The notes under the pieces are model-generated. The model saw only the letters and a list, made by a program, of their open reading frames with translations, was not told the DNA's origin and did no database searches. This document shows positions 17,479-30,142 of a stretch of DNA of 38,833 bases, in pieces. The first letter of the stretch is position 1. Every line of letters starts with the position of its first letter. Source of the DNA: a bacterium. Its GTDB lineage: Bacteria; SZUA-182; DTGQ01; JAFGSM01. The stretch spans positions 1 through 38,833 of the forward strand of contig JBLIRP010000028.1 in assembly GCA_049472355.1 (NCBI GenBank), written 5' to 3'. Both the position numbers and the translations under genes were made by a program.

Positions 17479-19250
17479 GCCGGTGGATACGGTGGAAGGG
17501 GCTCCTTGCATTTGTAATCATCCTGGGTGTTATCGGCGTGATATGGTTTTTTCTCATTGATGGTATCGTTGAGCGGGTGATCGAAAGGACCGGCTCGCGG
17601 ATGGTGGGTGCGAAGGTGGAGCTTGCGGACGCAGGCCTTTCCCTTTTCCCGATTGGTCTTTCCCTCCGGGGCCTCCAGGTGACGAATCCCGAGGAACCCA
17701 TGAGGAATGCGGTGGAGGTGGAGGAGATCGGCATGAGCGTGGAAACCGGGCCGCTGCTTATGAGAAAGGTGATCATCGAGGAAATGACCCTTGCCGGGGT
17801 GCGTCTGAACACCGAGCGGACGGAGTCGGGGGCCCTCCCGGAGCGGGAGGAAAGGACCACCGGTGAGCGCGCACGGCGCCTTGACTGGAAATCGACGGGG
17901 CTCCCCTCCCTTGATGTACCCGACGTCAAGGATATCCTGGCCAGGGAGGAGTTGAACTCCCTTCGGTTGATCGAATCCCTCACCCGTGAGATCGAGGACC
18001 AGGAGCAGCAGTGGAGGAAGCGATTGGCGGAACTTCCGAATAGGGCAGCCATCGAGGCCTACAGGGCAAGGATCGAACAGCTCGGTAAGGGAAAAAAGGG
18101 GGTGGGGGATATCCTGGGAGGCGTCAAGGAGGTCGAGGAGATCCGGAGGGAGATACGGCGGGACATCGATCGGGTAAAGGATGCACGCGCGGAATATCAG
18201 AAGGCTGCCCGCGCGTTCAGGGAACGCCAGGCCGAGATCCAAAGCGCACCCAGGGAGGACCTTCTCCGCCTGAGGGAGAAATACGCGCCCTCGCCCGAAA
18301 ACATCGGCAATATTGCCGGGCTCCTCTTTCAGGAGAGGATGGGTGGCTGGATCGAAAGGGCGTTTTCATGGTACGATCGGCTCAAACCGGTGGTGGGGAA
18401 GGCAACGGCTGCTGGAGAAAAAGGCGGGAAAAAGGGGGAGACGCCGAAACCGGGGCGGGGAACGGGCATCGACGTGCAGTTCAGGGAGAAACAGCCGGCC
18501 CCCGATTTCCTGATCCGCAGGGCCATGGCCTCCTTCGCCACTCAGGCCGGAGAAATGTCGGGGACCATCGAGCATATCACCACGGATCAGGCGGTGCTGG
18601 GCATTCCCCTTACCTTTGCCTTCTCCGGCAGAAACCTGAAGGATTTCGGTTCCGTGGATATCGAGGGGAGCGCATACCATGCATCCGGGGCCGGGATCGA
18701 GGACCGGGTGTCCGCACGGATCAACAGGGCCAGGATCGGTGGTCTCACCATATCCGATAGTCCTGCAATGCCGGTAACCTTGCGGGAGGGCATTGCGGAC
18801 CTCGTGGTCGATGCCCGTCTGAGCGGCAGTGCAATCGATGCGCAGGTGCGCACCGATGTGCAGTCCGCCGCCTTTGCTACCGTGATAACGGAGGATTCGG
18901 GACGGGTGGCCCGGGCGATCGCAACGGCACTGTCGGGGATATCCCGGTTCAGCCTTATCGCGGACATGGAAGGGACCCTCGATGATCCCCGCCTGACCAT
19001 GCGGTCCGATCTGGACAGGCTGCTGAACAACGCGGTGAAGACACTGGTGGCGGAACAGTCGGAGAGGGTCAGGCAGGAGCTGGAATCGGCCATCAAGGCC
19101 AGGGTCGACCAGCCCATGCGCGAGCTCACCGCAGCCATGGGTGATCTGAACGGGGTTGACGGCGAGATTCAAAAACGGATAGACATGCTGCAGACGACGC
19201 TTGACGATGCAGTGAAACAAAAGGCAGGCGGCGTAAAGCTCCCGTTTTGA
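17475..19250 (+). CDS. TIGR03545 family protein (AsmA-like N-terminus, coiled coil)
   Basis: WIRWKGL plus TM, GAKVEL, LQVTNPEEPMRN, GRGTGIDVQF...PDFLIRRA and RSDLDRLL. Confidence 0.82.
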   Translation: MSRWIRWKGLLAFVIILGVIGVIWFFLIDGIVERVIERTGSRMVGAKVELADAGLSLFPIGLSLRGLQVTNPEEPMRNAVEVEEIGMSVETGPLLMRKVIIEEMTLAGVRLNTERTESGALPEREERTTGERARRLDWKSTGLPSLDVPDVKDILAREELNSLRLIESLTREIEDQEQQWRKRLAELPNRAAIEAYRARIEQLGKGKKGVGDILGGVKEVEEIRREIRRDIDRVKDARAEYQKAARAFRERQAEIQSAPREDLLRLREKYAPSPENIGNIAGLLFQERMGGWIERAFSWYDRLKPVVGKATAAGEKGGKKGETPKPGRGTGIDVQFREKQPAPDFLIRRAMASFATQAGEMSGTIEHITTDQAVLGIPLTFAFSGRNLKDFGSVDIEGSAYHASGAGIEDRVSARINRARIGGLTISDSPAMPVTLREGIADLVVDARLSGSAIDAQVRTDVQSAAFATVITEDSGRVARAIATALSGISRFSLIADMEGTLDDPRLTMRSDLDRLLNNAVKTLVAEQSERVRQELESAIKARVDQPMRELTAAMGDLNGVDGEIQKRIDMLQTTLDDAVKQKAGGVKLPF

Positions 19251-19501
19251 TTCGGCAGGGATCATTGCGTGCGCCCGGCTTTTTTTCCACAGCGGCACGC
19301 CGCATGAATCACCCGCAGGAAAGGGAGATGATTCGGAAGTGCAGCGGGCATCACTGTATTTTCCTGAGGGGTGCAGCCCCTTACGCACGGATGAAGTGCG
19401 GATGGTATCCTGGGTGAGGTCGTTTCCGAGGGAGATTCTCTGTGGTGGATGGCTGTGCGATCTGTGAGCGGACTACACGATCAGCAGTGGATGAGCCATA
19501 T

Positions 19502-19630
19502 GATCTGCGGTGTGTGGAGGCTTGGAGATCTGAGATGCATGGGCTTTGAGATGAAGGGTGCGCGTAGGCTTAGAGATTTGTGGTACGTGGGCTTTACGAT
19601 CCGTGGTTCGTGGAGGGTGAGAGATTTTGT
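19502..19630. repeat. Degenerate 48-bp tandem repeat (about 2.7 units)
   Basis: Units start at 19502, 19550 and 19598 and share GAT...AGGCTTRGAGATYTG...TGGGCTTT. Confidence 0.6.
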
Positions 19631-19635
19631 ATGGC

Positions 19636-19707
19636 AAATTGGTTATCTATAAGAAATGGATTATGCATGGCAAATGGATTATGTATAAAAAATGGACTAT
19701 CCATAGC
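19636..19707. repeat. Four 18-bp direct repeats upstream of carA
   Basis: aaattggttatctataag / aaatggattatgcatggc / aaatggattatgtataaa / aaatggactatccatagc. Confidence 0.8.
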
Positions 19708-19745
19708 ATATTGATATCGTTAATTCGGTGGCAGGGGGAGAGGGT

Positions 19746-20843
19746 ATGAGAGGAATGCTCGTGTTGGAGGATGGCAGTCATTTCGAGGGGATATCCATCG
19801 GCGCCGAGGGGGAGCGGGTGGGGGAGGTGGTGCTGAACACCGCTGTGGTGGGCTACCAGGAGATCATGACCGACCCGGCGAATGCCGGGAAACTTCTCGT
19901 GCTGACCTATCCCCTGATCGGCAACTACGGCATCGCGAAAAAATTTTCCGATTCCCGCCGGTCGTGGATCGAGGGGGTGGTGATCCGGGAGGAGAGCAGG
20001 ATCACCTCCAACTGGCAGGCGGAGGCCCCCCTGTCCGATTTTCTCGCCCGGGAATCCATGGTCTGCCTCAGCGAGGTGGATACCCGGACCATTGCCGTGG
20101 CCGTCAGGGACAGCGGTGAGATGCTGGGGATCGTGTCGAGCGGCAACGCAATCCCCAAGGAGTTGCTGGGAAGGCTCAAGGAACTGAAGAAAAAGAGGGA
20201 GAACCGGTACATCCGGGAGATCTCCGTTCCGCGGATCACTGAACAGCACCGGAACCCCTCGGGATTGAAGATCGGCATACTGGACATGGGAATCCTGAAC
20301 GATTTCATGGAGCAGTTGAAGAGGCTCGGTGCGTCGATCACCCTTATACCGTATAATGCCGATGCCTACGAGATTATCTCCCTTGATCTTGACGGTTTGA
20401 TTCTATCGAATGGCCCGGAGGACGACCGGGCAATTCCCGACATTGCCGAGACGGTGAAACAACTGGTGGGAAAGATGCCGCTCCTGGGCATCTCCCTTGG
20501 CCATGAAATAATCGGCCTTGCCCTGGGGGGGACCAGGAAGCGGTTGAAGGTGGGACACCACGGCGTGAATTATCCGGTCAGGACTCCGGACTCCTACAAG
20601 GGCGAGATAACGGTGCAGAACCATTCATGGGTGCTTGAGGAAAAATCGTTGAACACAAAGGATGACATCGTCATTACCCGGTACAATGTCAACGACACTA
20701 CCATCGAGGAGATGGAGTGCAGGGGGCGTGCGATCATCGGGACCCAGTACTACCCGGTGAGCCCCGGGTTCGACGAGGTGCACGAGGTATTCATTCGGTT
20801 CATGGAGATGATTGACAAAAAGGCACCTGATCTCAGGAAATGA
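19746..20843 (+). CDS. carA: Carbamoyl-phosphate synthase small subunit with a degenerate glutaminase site
   Basis: LVLEDGS, GEVVLNT, GYQEIMTDP, TYPLIGNYG, VDTR, LSNGP, GHHGVNYPV and TVQNH are present. The catalytic motifs read GISLGHE and QYYPV instead of GICLGHQ and HPE. Confidence 0.93.
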   Translation: MRGMLVLEDGSHFEGISIGAEGERVGEVVLNTAVVGYQEIMTDPANAGKLLVLTYPLIGNYGIAKKFSDSRRSWIEGVVIREESRITSNWQAEAPLSDFLARESMVCLSEVDTRTIAVAVRDSGEMLGIVSSGNAIPKELLGRLKELKKKRENRYIREISVPRITEQHRNPSGLKIGILDMGILNDFMEQLKRLGASITLIPYNADAYEIISLDLDGLILSNGPEDDRAIPDIAETVKQLVGKMPLLGISLGHEIIGLALGGTRKRLKVGHHGVNYPVRTPDSYKGEITVQNHSWVLEEKSLNTKDDIVITRYNVNDTTIEEMECRGRAIIGTQYYPVSPGFDEVHEVFIRFMEMIDKKAPDLRK

Positions 20844-20852
20844 GCATACACC

Positions 20853-23114
20853 ATGGACCACATGCAGCTTATCCATGATATCGGCGAATTGAGCGGTATT
20901 TTTACCGGAAGCGCCAGCATCGAGACCGTTCTTCAGAGGATCGTGGTGCTCGTTGCCGAGCATGTGCGGGCTGATGTGTGTTCCATCTACATCTTCGACG
21001 AGGCAACAGAGGAGCTGGTCCTCAAGGCGACCAAGGGATTGCATCCCGATTCCGTGGACCGGGTCCGGCTCAAGCTCGGTGAGGGTATTGCGGGCTTCGC
21101 CCTCCAGGAGGGAAAGCCGGTATGCGAGAGGAAGGGGAGCAGCCATCCGCGGTTCAAATTTTTCCCCGGGATATTCGAGGAGCGCTACGAGGCATTCCTG
21201 GCGGTTCCCATGATGCGGGGTATTGCACGGATCGGGGTGCTGGTGGTGCAGCGCGAGCAGCCGAACTGCTTCAAGAGGCAGGATGTCCTGGTGCTCAGGA
21301 CGGTGGCCTCCCAATTGTGCACCATCATTGAAAATGCGCGGCTTCTCATGCAACTCGAACAGCGCCGTGAGGAACATGCCACCCCGGCGGCGCCGAGCGT
21401 GCCGAAATTCATAAAGGGAAAGGCCGCATCCGAGGGGTTTGCCCATGCCGAGGCGGCGGTCCTGGACAATGAGCGCTCCCTGGAACGACTGTTCAATAAG
21501 GCCATGTCCGAAGGGGCGCATACCCTGTCGGATTTCGACCGGGCCCTTGCGCTGAGCGAAAAACAGCTCGAGGACCTGCAGGAGCAGGTGGAGGAAAGGC
21601 TTTCCGACGTGGCCTCCCTGATCTTTGCCGCTCACCTCATGGTGCTCAAGGACAAGGGATTTGTAGGAAGGATGAGGACCCTCATCGAGCAGGGGATGCA
21701 TCCGGCCGACGCCATCCGCTCCGTTGCCCACGAATATATCGGCCTCCTTTCCCAGAGCCCCAGCCCGTACATCAGGGAGAAGGCGCAGGATGTCCAGGAC
21801 CTGGTGATTCGGATCATGCGCAACCTCCTGTACGAGGACGAGAAAAAGGGGGATCGCACAGGGGGCATCGTGGTGGCGAAGGAGCTGTTTCCCTCCGACC
21901 TGCTCAAGCTCTCCTCCGAGCAGGTGGAGGGTATCGTGCTGGTGAGCGGCGGGGTGACCTCCCATCTTTCCATCCTCGCCCGGTCGCTCCGGGTGCCCCT
22001 GATTATTGCCGATGTGCCGGAACTCCTGGACCTCCCCGAGAATACAAGGCTTCTCCTTGACGCGGAACTGGGGAACATCTACGTCGATCCCCCGGATGAC
22101 GTGGTGGCCCGGTTCAGGGAGCGGAACGAGGCCAGGGAGAAGCTGGTGCAGGAGCAGGGTGGGGCCGGCATTCCCGCCGCTACCGCCGACGGGACCAGGG
22201 TGCGACTGATGGCGAACATCAACCTGCTCACCGATCTCACCCTGGCCCGGGACGTGGGCGCCGACGGGATCGGCCTGTACCGCACGGAGTTTCCCTTTCT
22301 TATACGAAGCACGTTTCCCACGGAAGAGGAACAATTCATCGTCTACCGGAGACTCGTCGAGGGCATGCCCGACAAGGAGATCACCATCAGGACGCTCGAT
22401 ATAGGCGGGGACAAGGTCCTCTCCTATTTCCATGTGGAAAGGGAGCAGAATCCCTTTCTGGGCATGCGCTCCATCAGGTTTTCCCTCCACAACAAGGAGA
22501 TCTTCACCCAGCAGATCCGGGCCATGCTGCGCGCCGGTGCAGGTGCCTCCATACGGATCATGTTTCCCATGATCTCCTCCGTGGACGAGTTCAGGCAGGC
22601 ACGGGAAATCCTTGCCGGGTGCATCGATGAGCTGGAACAGGAGGGAATGGAACACAATGCCGCCCCCAAGGTCGGCATGATGGTGGAGATCCCCTCGGTG
22701 GTGGACATCATCGATGACCTTGCCCGGGAGGCGGATTTTTTCTCCATCGGCACCAACGATTTCATCCAATACCTGCTCGCCGTGGACCGCACCAACGAGA
22801 AGGTCGCCTCGTTGTACCTTCCCCACCATCCCTCGGTGCTGCGATCGCTGAAGAGGGTGGCCGATGCGGCGACACAATGCGGCATCGAAGTCTCCGTGTG
22901 CGGGGATATGGCGCACCAGGAACGGTACATCCCCTTTCTGCTGGGCATCGGCATACGTATACTCAGCGTGGACCCCGTATACTTGGCCCGGATCAAACGG
23001 CGGATTGCCGGCATACATCTTTCCGAGGCGGAGGGGCTCGCCAAAACCCTCCTTGAGCAGACAACGGTGCAGGCGATCGAGCGCATCCTGTCGGAAACGG
23101 ATCGAATGAGCTGA
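20853..23114 (+). CDS. ptsP: GAF-domain PEP-protein phosphotransferase (EI-Ntr type)
   Basis: N-terminal GAF (ADVCSIY...LVLKATKGL), phospho-His motif GGVTSHLSILAR (His codon 21963-21965), GIGLYRTEF, RTLDIGGDK, NPFLGMRSIR, FSIGTNDFIQY and VCGDMA. Confidence 0.95.
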   Translation: MDHMQLIHDIGELSGIFTGSASIETVLQRIVVLVAEHVRADVCSIYIFDEATEELVLKATKGLHPDSVDRVRLKLGEGIAGFALQEGKPVCERKGSSHPRFKFFPGIFEERYEAFLAVPMMRGIARIGVLVVQREQPNCFKRQDVLVLRTVASQLCTIIENARLLMQLEQRREEHATPAAPSVPKFIKGKAASEGFAHAEAAVLDNERSLERLFNKAMSEGAHTLSDFDRALALSEKQLEDLQEQVEERLSDVASLIFAAHLMVLKDKGFVGRMRTLIEQGMHPADAIRSVAHEYIGLLSQSPSPYIREKAQDVQDLVIRIMRNLLYEDEKKGDRTGGIVVAKELFPSDLLKLSSEQVEGIVLVSGGVTSHLSILARSLRVPLIIADVPELLDLPENTRLLLDAELGNIYVDPPDDVVARFRERNEAREKLVQEQGGAGIPAATADGTRVRLMANINLLTDLTLARDVGADGIGLYRTEFPFLIRSTFPTEEEQFIVYRRLVEGMPDKEITIRTLDIGGDKVLSYFHVEREQNPFLGMRSIRFSLHNKEIFTQQIRAMLRAGAGASIRIMFPMISSVDEFRQAREILAGCIDELEQEGMEHNAAPKVGMMVEIPSVVDIIDDLAREADFFSIGTNDFIQYLLAVDRTNEKVASLYLPHHPSVLRSLKRVADAATQCGIEVSVCGDMAHQERYIPFLLGIGIRILSVDPVYLARIKRRIAGIHLSEAEGLAKTLLEQTTVQAIERILSETDRMS

Positions 23115-23142
23115 TGAGAATGCACATGAAGCATTGATGCGT

Positions 23143-23334
23143 CTTCGGCTCACAAAGAGGCATGAAAATACCCAAAGGGGATTTTCAGGTGAAAGGCACA
23201 TGAGCCTGATGAAACTGTGAATATCGAATGTAGAATATCGAATTTAGAATGTAGAATGTAGAGGTGAAACGCAGACGAGCCTTCGGCTCACAAAGAGGCA
23301 TGAAAATACCCAAAGGGGATTTTCAGGTGAAAGG
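23143..23334 (+). repeat. Two identical 54-bp direct repeats (23143-23196 and 23281-23334) flanking an 84-bp spacer
   Basis: cttcggctcacaaagaggcatgaaaatacccaaaggggattttcaggtgaaagg occurs twice. Internal hairpin TGAAAAT...ATTTTCA. Confidence 0.95.
23219..23260. repeat. Six-unit heptamer microsatellite
   Basis: GAATATC GAATGTA GAATATC GAATTTA GAATGTA GAATGTA. Confidence 0.85.
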
Positions 23335-23342
23335 AACAGGGA

Positions 23343-26612
<3,270 letters not shown>

Positions 26613-26799
26613 GGATATTTTAGGAGGATGTGGTCAAAAAAGGGAATATGGGCCGCTCCCGCACGCATACCCCGTGGCCGGGGATGCTCAAAACCACTCG
26701 TGAGGGATATTCGGCCTTGCTGGGTGGGCACTTTCAGGTGGAAAGGGGGGTGATGGAGAATTCGGCGGAGGTGTTCCAGCCTCCATGTCTATCACTGCA

Positions 26800-29700
26800 C
26801 TAATTCATCTGGAGGGCCAAGGCCCTTTGGAGGTTGCTTTGCGCATCCACAAGGTCAGGATTTATTTGTAGCGCCTCTCGAAAATGGACAATAGCTTTTG
26901 CAAGTTCCCCTTCCTGAGCCAGGGCAATACCAATGTTGTTGTGCGCCTCCGCGTATTCGGGATTTATCCGCAACGCCGCGTAAAAGTGGTTGATCGCCTC
27001 GCCGACCCTGCCCTTCCTTGCAAGGGCAACTCCCATGTCGTGGTGTGCCCCTGCATATCCGGGATTTAACCGCAACGCCTTTGAAAAATGGGTGATCGCC
27101 TCATCGAGCCTGCCTTCATATGATAGAACAAGACCCAGATTGTAATGCGACTTCATATACAGGGGGTCTATCCGCAACCCCTCTGAAAAACGGCTGATCG
27201 CCTCGTCAAACCTGCCCTCCTTTGTCAGGGCAATCCCAAGATTGTTGTGCATAGCCGCAGAATAAGGATCCATCCGCAACACCTCTTTATAACAATCAAT
27301 CGCGTCAGATGTACTGCCTTTTATATTGTAAAGATCGGCGAGATACGAGAGGGAAGCTGACCGGTCAGGCAAGCGATCAATTTTTTCTCGTATGGCATCT
27401 ATTTGAACGGATAGACACCGCTGTTTGAGTTCATCGTCGTTGAAAACGGAATAATCCACCTCATTGTTGGCGCAATATCTCTCCATGAGTTTAAAAAATC
27501 GCTCTTTTTGTGGCGGCGTTATGTTTGAAAGGTCAACCATATCGGAGTAAGGGGTTAAAAGGGAAAGCGCAAGGGCTGCAAAATCTATCCGGGAATCCAC
27601 ATCCGCCTCAACCTGTTGAATTATATTTCTTGTTTCAGGAGTGAAGCCTTGCCATCTTTGTGATTTCATCTTTTCAGATAGTTGCGGGTCATAGCCATAC
27701 ATGAGCTTGGGTGCGGCAAATTCAAGCCAGGGCCGATTATCCGTATTCATAACGCCCCGGCCAAAGAGCTGTTGCAGGTCTTCGGAAACAATCAGCCTGT
27801 ATAGCAGCCTGGGATCTGCAAGGTCCACATTGGGTGATTTTTGGACGTGCACAAACTTTTGATCCGCATACTCCAGATTCAGCCTGTTTTTACCTTTAAA
27901 CCCGATCAGCAGAAAATCTCCCTCGTCCAAAAACGGATCAGTATGGACTAAGAGGCTGTTTGGAAAGGCCCCGGCAAAGGTGCGACCCACAAGTGCAAAG
28001 GTTTCCCAATCCATCTGGTAGGAATGCATCCATTGAACAAATATGCCGTCATCATTCAGCCTATCCTTGGCCAAGGAAAAAAAATCGCCGGTGAAAAGGG
28101 CGGCAAGCCCGGCCATCCAAGGATTGGACGGCTCGGAAATAATCACATCGTAGTTTTGTCTGGTGAGCTGCAGATGCGCCCGCCCATCCTGTATGATAAG
28201 GTCTGTTTTTGGGTTTGAAAGGACCCCATTATTCCACGGTGTAAAAAAATGACTTGCTGCAACCACCTGATCGCTAATTTCAAGGATATCAAGCTTCTCA
28301 ACAGGATAATAGAGCACCTCTCCGGCCGTTATGCCGCTTGCCAGCCCAACCACCATCACCGCCTTGGGATCCTTGTGAAAGAGCATCGGGAAATGGGCCG
28401 AAAGTGTTTGCGTATGCATGTCTCCGTGTGTTGAGGCATCCGGTTTTCCGCTGTTCGCCATGGTATATTGAGGGTTGCCGAATGCATCCGTGTATCGTGC
28501 TACTGTCGTAAAGCCGCCGATCCCGTCCCCGTAATAGACGAGTTCGCCTTGTTCCGTACTCGAAGGGACCCTTGACCCTTGAAAAAAGGTTTTCACCCAG
28601 CCGGTACTTGCAATGTCTTCCATGATTTGGTCAAAGCGATGATATCTGCCTTTCGAAAACTGCTGATGGTTCCATGAGGGATAATAAAAACACAGGATAA
28701 GCCCTGCCAGCGCCGGCACTGCAATCAAAGCGAATTGCCGGATGCCTTCCCTCTTGTTTTTAAGCAGTACGCCTGCAATGACCAGTGACGTGCCAAGCTG
28801 CAGAAAGGCAATCATCCCCAGGCTCAATTCCTTGCCGGCAAGTGGTATGAGGAGGAAACCGGCGCAAAACGGACCTAATAGTGACCCGACGGTATTGAGC
28901 ATGTACGCAAAGCCGATGGCGTAGCCAACCTCTGAAACGGACTGGGTGTAAATTTTTCCCACCAAGGGAAAGGTCGCGCCAAAGCAAAGTGTCGGCAATA
29001 TCATAAATATAAAGAGAATAACCGCTTTAGACAGGCTCAACAATGCAAACTGGTCTTTAAAGGTAAAAATGAGCTTGGAAAAAAACATCTGGCTGCCGCC
29101 AAGGAGCTGGCTGACGGCCAGGATAAGTATCGCCGCAGCGATCTGTGTGAAGAGCAAGAGGTGCATGCAATTTTTTACCTTGTCCGCATAATAACCGAAG
29201 ATCATACTGCCCAGTGCAAGCCCGGTGATAAAGGTCACCAGCACAATGGTAAATGAATAGGTGGTCGGACCGACGATCAAACCCAGCAGCCTGGTCCATA
29301 TGACCTCACAGGCCATGGCGCAGAAGCCTGACACAGCGAAGATCACCAGGGCGCTCTTTCCTTCTATGGTATGTGAAGACGGCTTGTTTTCCGTTTCATT
29401 TTTGGGTGGTGTTTTCATTCTATCCGAAGTTTTCTGCGCTGCGCCTGCATACTGTACCTTCGCCTTATAACCCACCATCAGACATGATATGCCGATCATA
29501 ACATTGACCAGCACGGCAAAAACCAACGTACCAACAACACCCCATAGGTTGATCAGCCAAAAACCGCACAGCAGCGAACCGAAGGCAGCGCCGATGGTAT
29601 TCAATCCGTATAATCTTCCTGCATGCGTGCCCAGGTGAGAGAGCCTGTCAACATAAAACCGGCATAGGATCGGCAGCGTGGCGCCCATGCAGATAACGGG

Positions 29701-30117
29701 AATACACAGAATGACGGTGCAGACCATAAAGGTGAGCAGGTGATAGATGATGAAGTGGCTGAAAAACCCATTGTAGAGAACCGCTTGAAGCGGTTCGAAG
29801 GCGATGAGCAGCAACGGAATCAGAAGGGCATAAGCCCCGATTGCCAGCTCCAGCGCCCCGAAAAGCTTGACCAAAGAGAGTGGTTCCTTGATACGGTCTA
29901 TGAAGCGGCCGGCAAGATAGCTGCCGAGTCCCATGCCGCCCATGAAAATCGTTAAAACGATGCTGACGGCAAATGGTGCGCCGCCAATGATCTTTATGAT
30001 CATCCTTGTCCACAGGATTTCATAGATCAAGCCGGTGAGGCCGGAGAGGAAAAAGCAGACCAGAACAAAGAAAAATATTTTATTGGTTGCATTATCTGCA
30101 GTGTTCTTTTTAGTCAT
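26800..30117 (-). CDS. Membrane-fused spermidine-synthase-like protein with C-terminal TPR array
   Basis: Many TM helices (two repeats of the E(I/V)xWTR type), a SAM-binding region VVGLASGITA / ILEIS / DGR / DVIISEPSNPW, then about five TPRs (HNNLGIAL, HYNLG). Confidence 0.88.
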   Translation of the reverse strand: MTKKNTADNATNKIFFFVLVCFFLSGLTGLIYEILWTRMIIKIIGGAPFAVSIVLTIFMGGMGLGSYLAGRFIDRIKEPLSLVKLFGALELAIGAYALLIPLLLIAFEPLQAVLYNGFFSHFIIYHLLTFMVCTVILCIPVICMGATLPILCRFYVDRLSHLGTHAGRLYGLNTIGAAFGSLLCGFWLINLWGVVGTLVFAVLVNVMIGISCLMVGYKAKVQYAGAAQKTSDRMKTPPKNETENKPSSHTIEGKSALVIFAVSGFCAMACEVIWTRLLGLIVGPTTYSFTIVLVTFITGLALGSMIFGYYADKVKNCMHLLLFTQIAAAILILAVSQLLGGSQMFFSKLIFTFKDQFALLSLSKAVILFIFMILPTLCFGATFPLVGKIYTQSVSEVGYAIGFAYMLNTVGSLLGPFCAGFLLIPLAGKELSLGMIAFLQLGTSLVIAGVLLKNKREGIRQFALIAVPALAGLILCFYYPSWNHQQFSKGRYHRFDQIMEDIASTGWVKTFFQGSRVPSSTEQGELVYYGDGIGGFTTVARYTDAFGNPQYTMANSGKPDASTHGDMHTQTLSAHFPMLFHKDPKAVMVVGLASGITAGEVLYYPVEKLDILEISDQVVAASHFFTPWNNGVLSNPKTDLIIQDGRAHLQLTRQNYDVIISEPSNPWMAGLAALFTGDFFSLAKDRLNDDGIFVQWMHSYQMDWETFALVGRTFAGAFPNSLLVHTDPFLDEGDFLLIGFKGKNRLNLEYADQKFVHVQKSPNVDLADPRLLYRLIVSEDLQQLFGRGVMNTDNRPWLEFAAPKLMYGYDPQLSEKMKSQRWQGFTPETRNIIQQVEADVDSRIDFAALALSLLTPYSDMVDLSNITPPQKERFFKLMERYCANNEVDYSVFNDDELKQRCLSVQIDAIREKIDRLPDRSASLSYLADLYNIKGSTSDAIDCYKEVLRMDPYSAAMHNNLGIALTKEGRFDEAISRFSEGLRIDPLYMKSHYNLGLVLSYEGRLDEAITHFSKALRLNPGYAGAHHDMGVALARKGRVGEAINHFYAALRINPEYAEAHNNIGIALAQEGELAKAIVHFREALQINPDLVDAQSNLQRALALQMN

Positions 30118-30142
30118 TTTTTATAATAGATCTCCTCAATAA

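Noticed and set aside
19269..19279. Second group II intron start (GTGCGCCCGGC)
   Set aside because: Followed by a T run instead of the expected A(T)GG continuation and not preceded by a terminator. Probably chance.
19251..19445. Riboswitch or PyrR attenuator upstream of carA
   Set aside because: Some imperfect hairpins exist (GAATCA/TGATTC, GGAAGTGCAG/CTGTATTTTCC), but I found no PyrR-binding loop or known riboswitch consensus.
19746..20843. carA as a decaying pseudogene
   Set aside because: No stops or frameshifts, normal length, and structural motifs are retained. The changes concentrate in catalytic residues.
20625..23201. 858-aa antisense ORF over ptsP
   Set aside because: Shadow frame of a GC3-rich gene with no recognisable motifs. 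The same applies to other long antisense ORFs such as 376-1287, 8307-9389 and 18366-19388.
23143..23334. Mini-CRISPR (repeat-spacer-repeat)
   Set aside because: The 54-bp repeat and 84-bp low-complexity spacer are outside usual CRISPR sizes, and a third copy is dispersed elsewhere.
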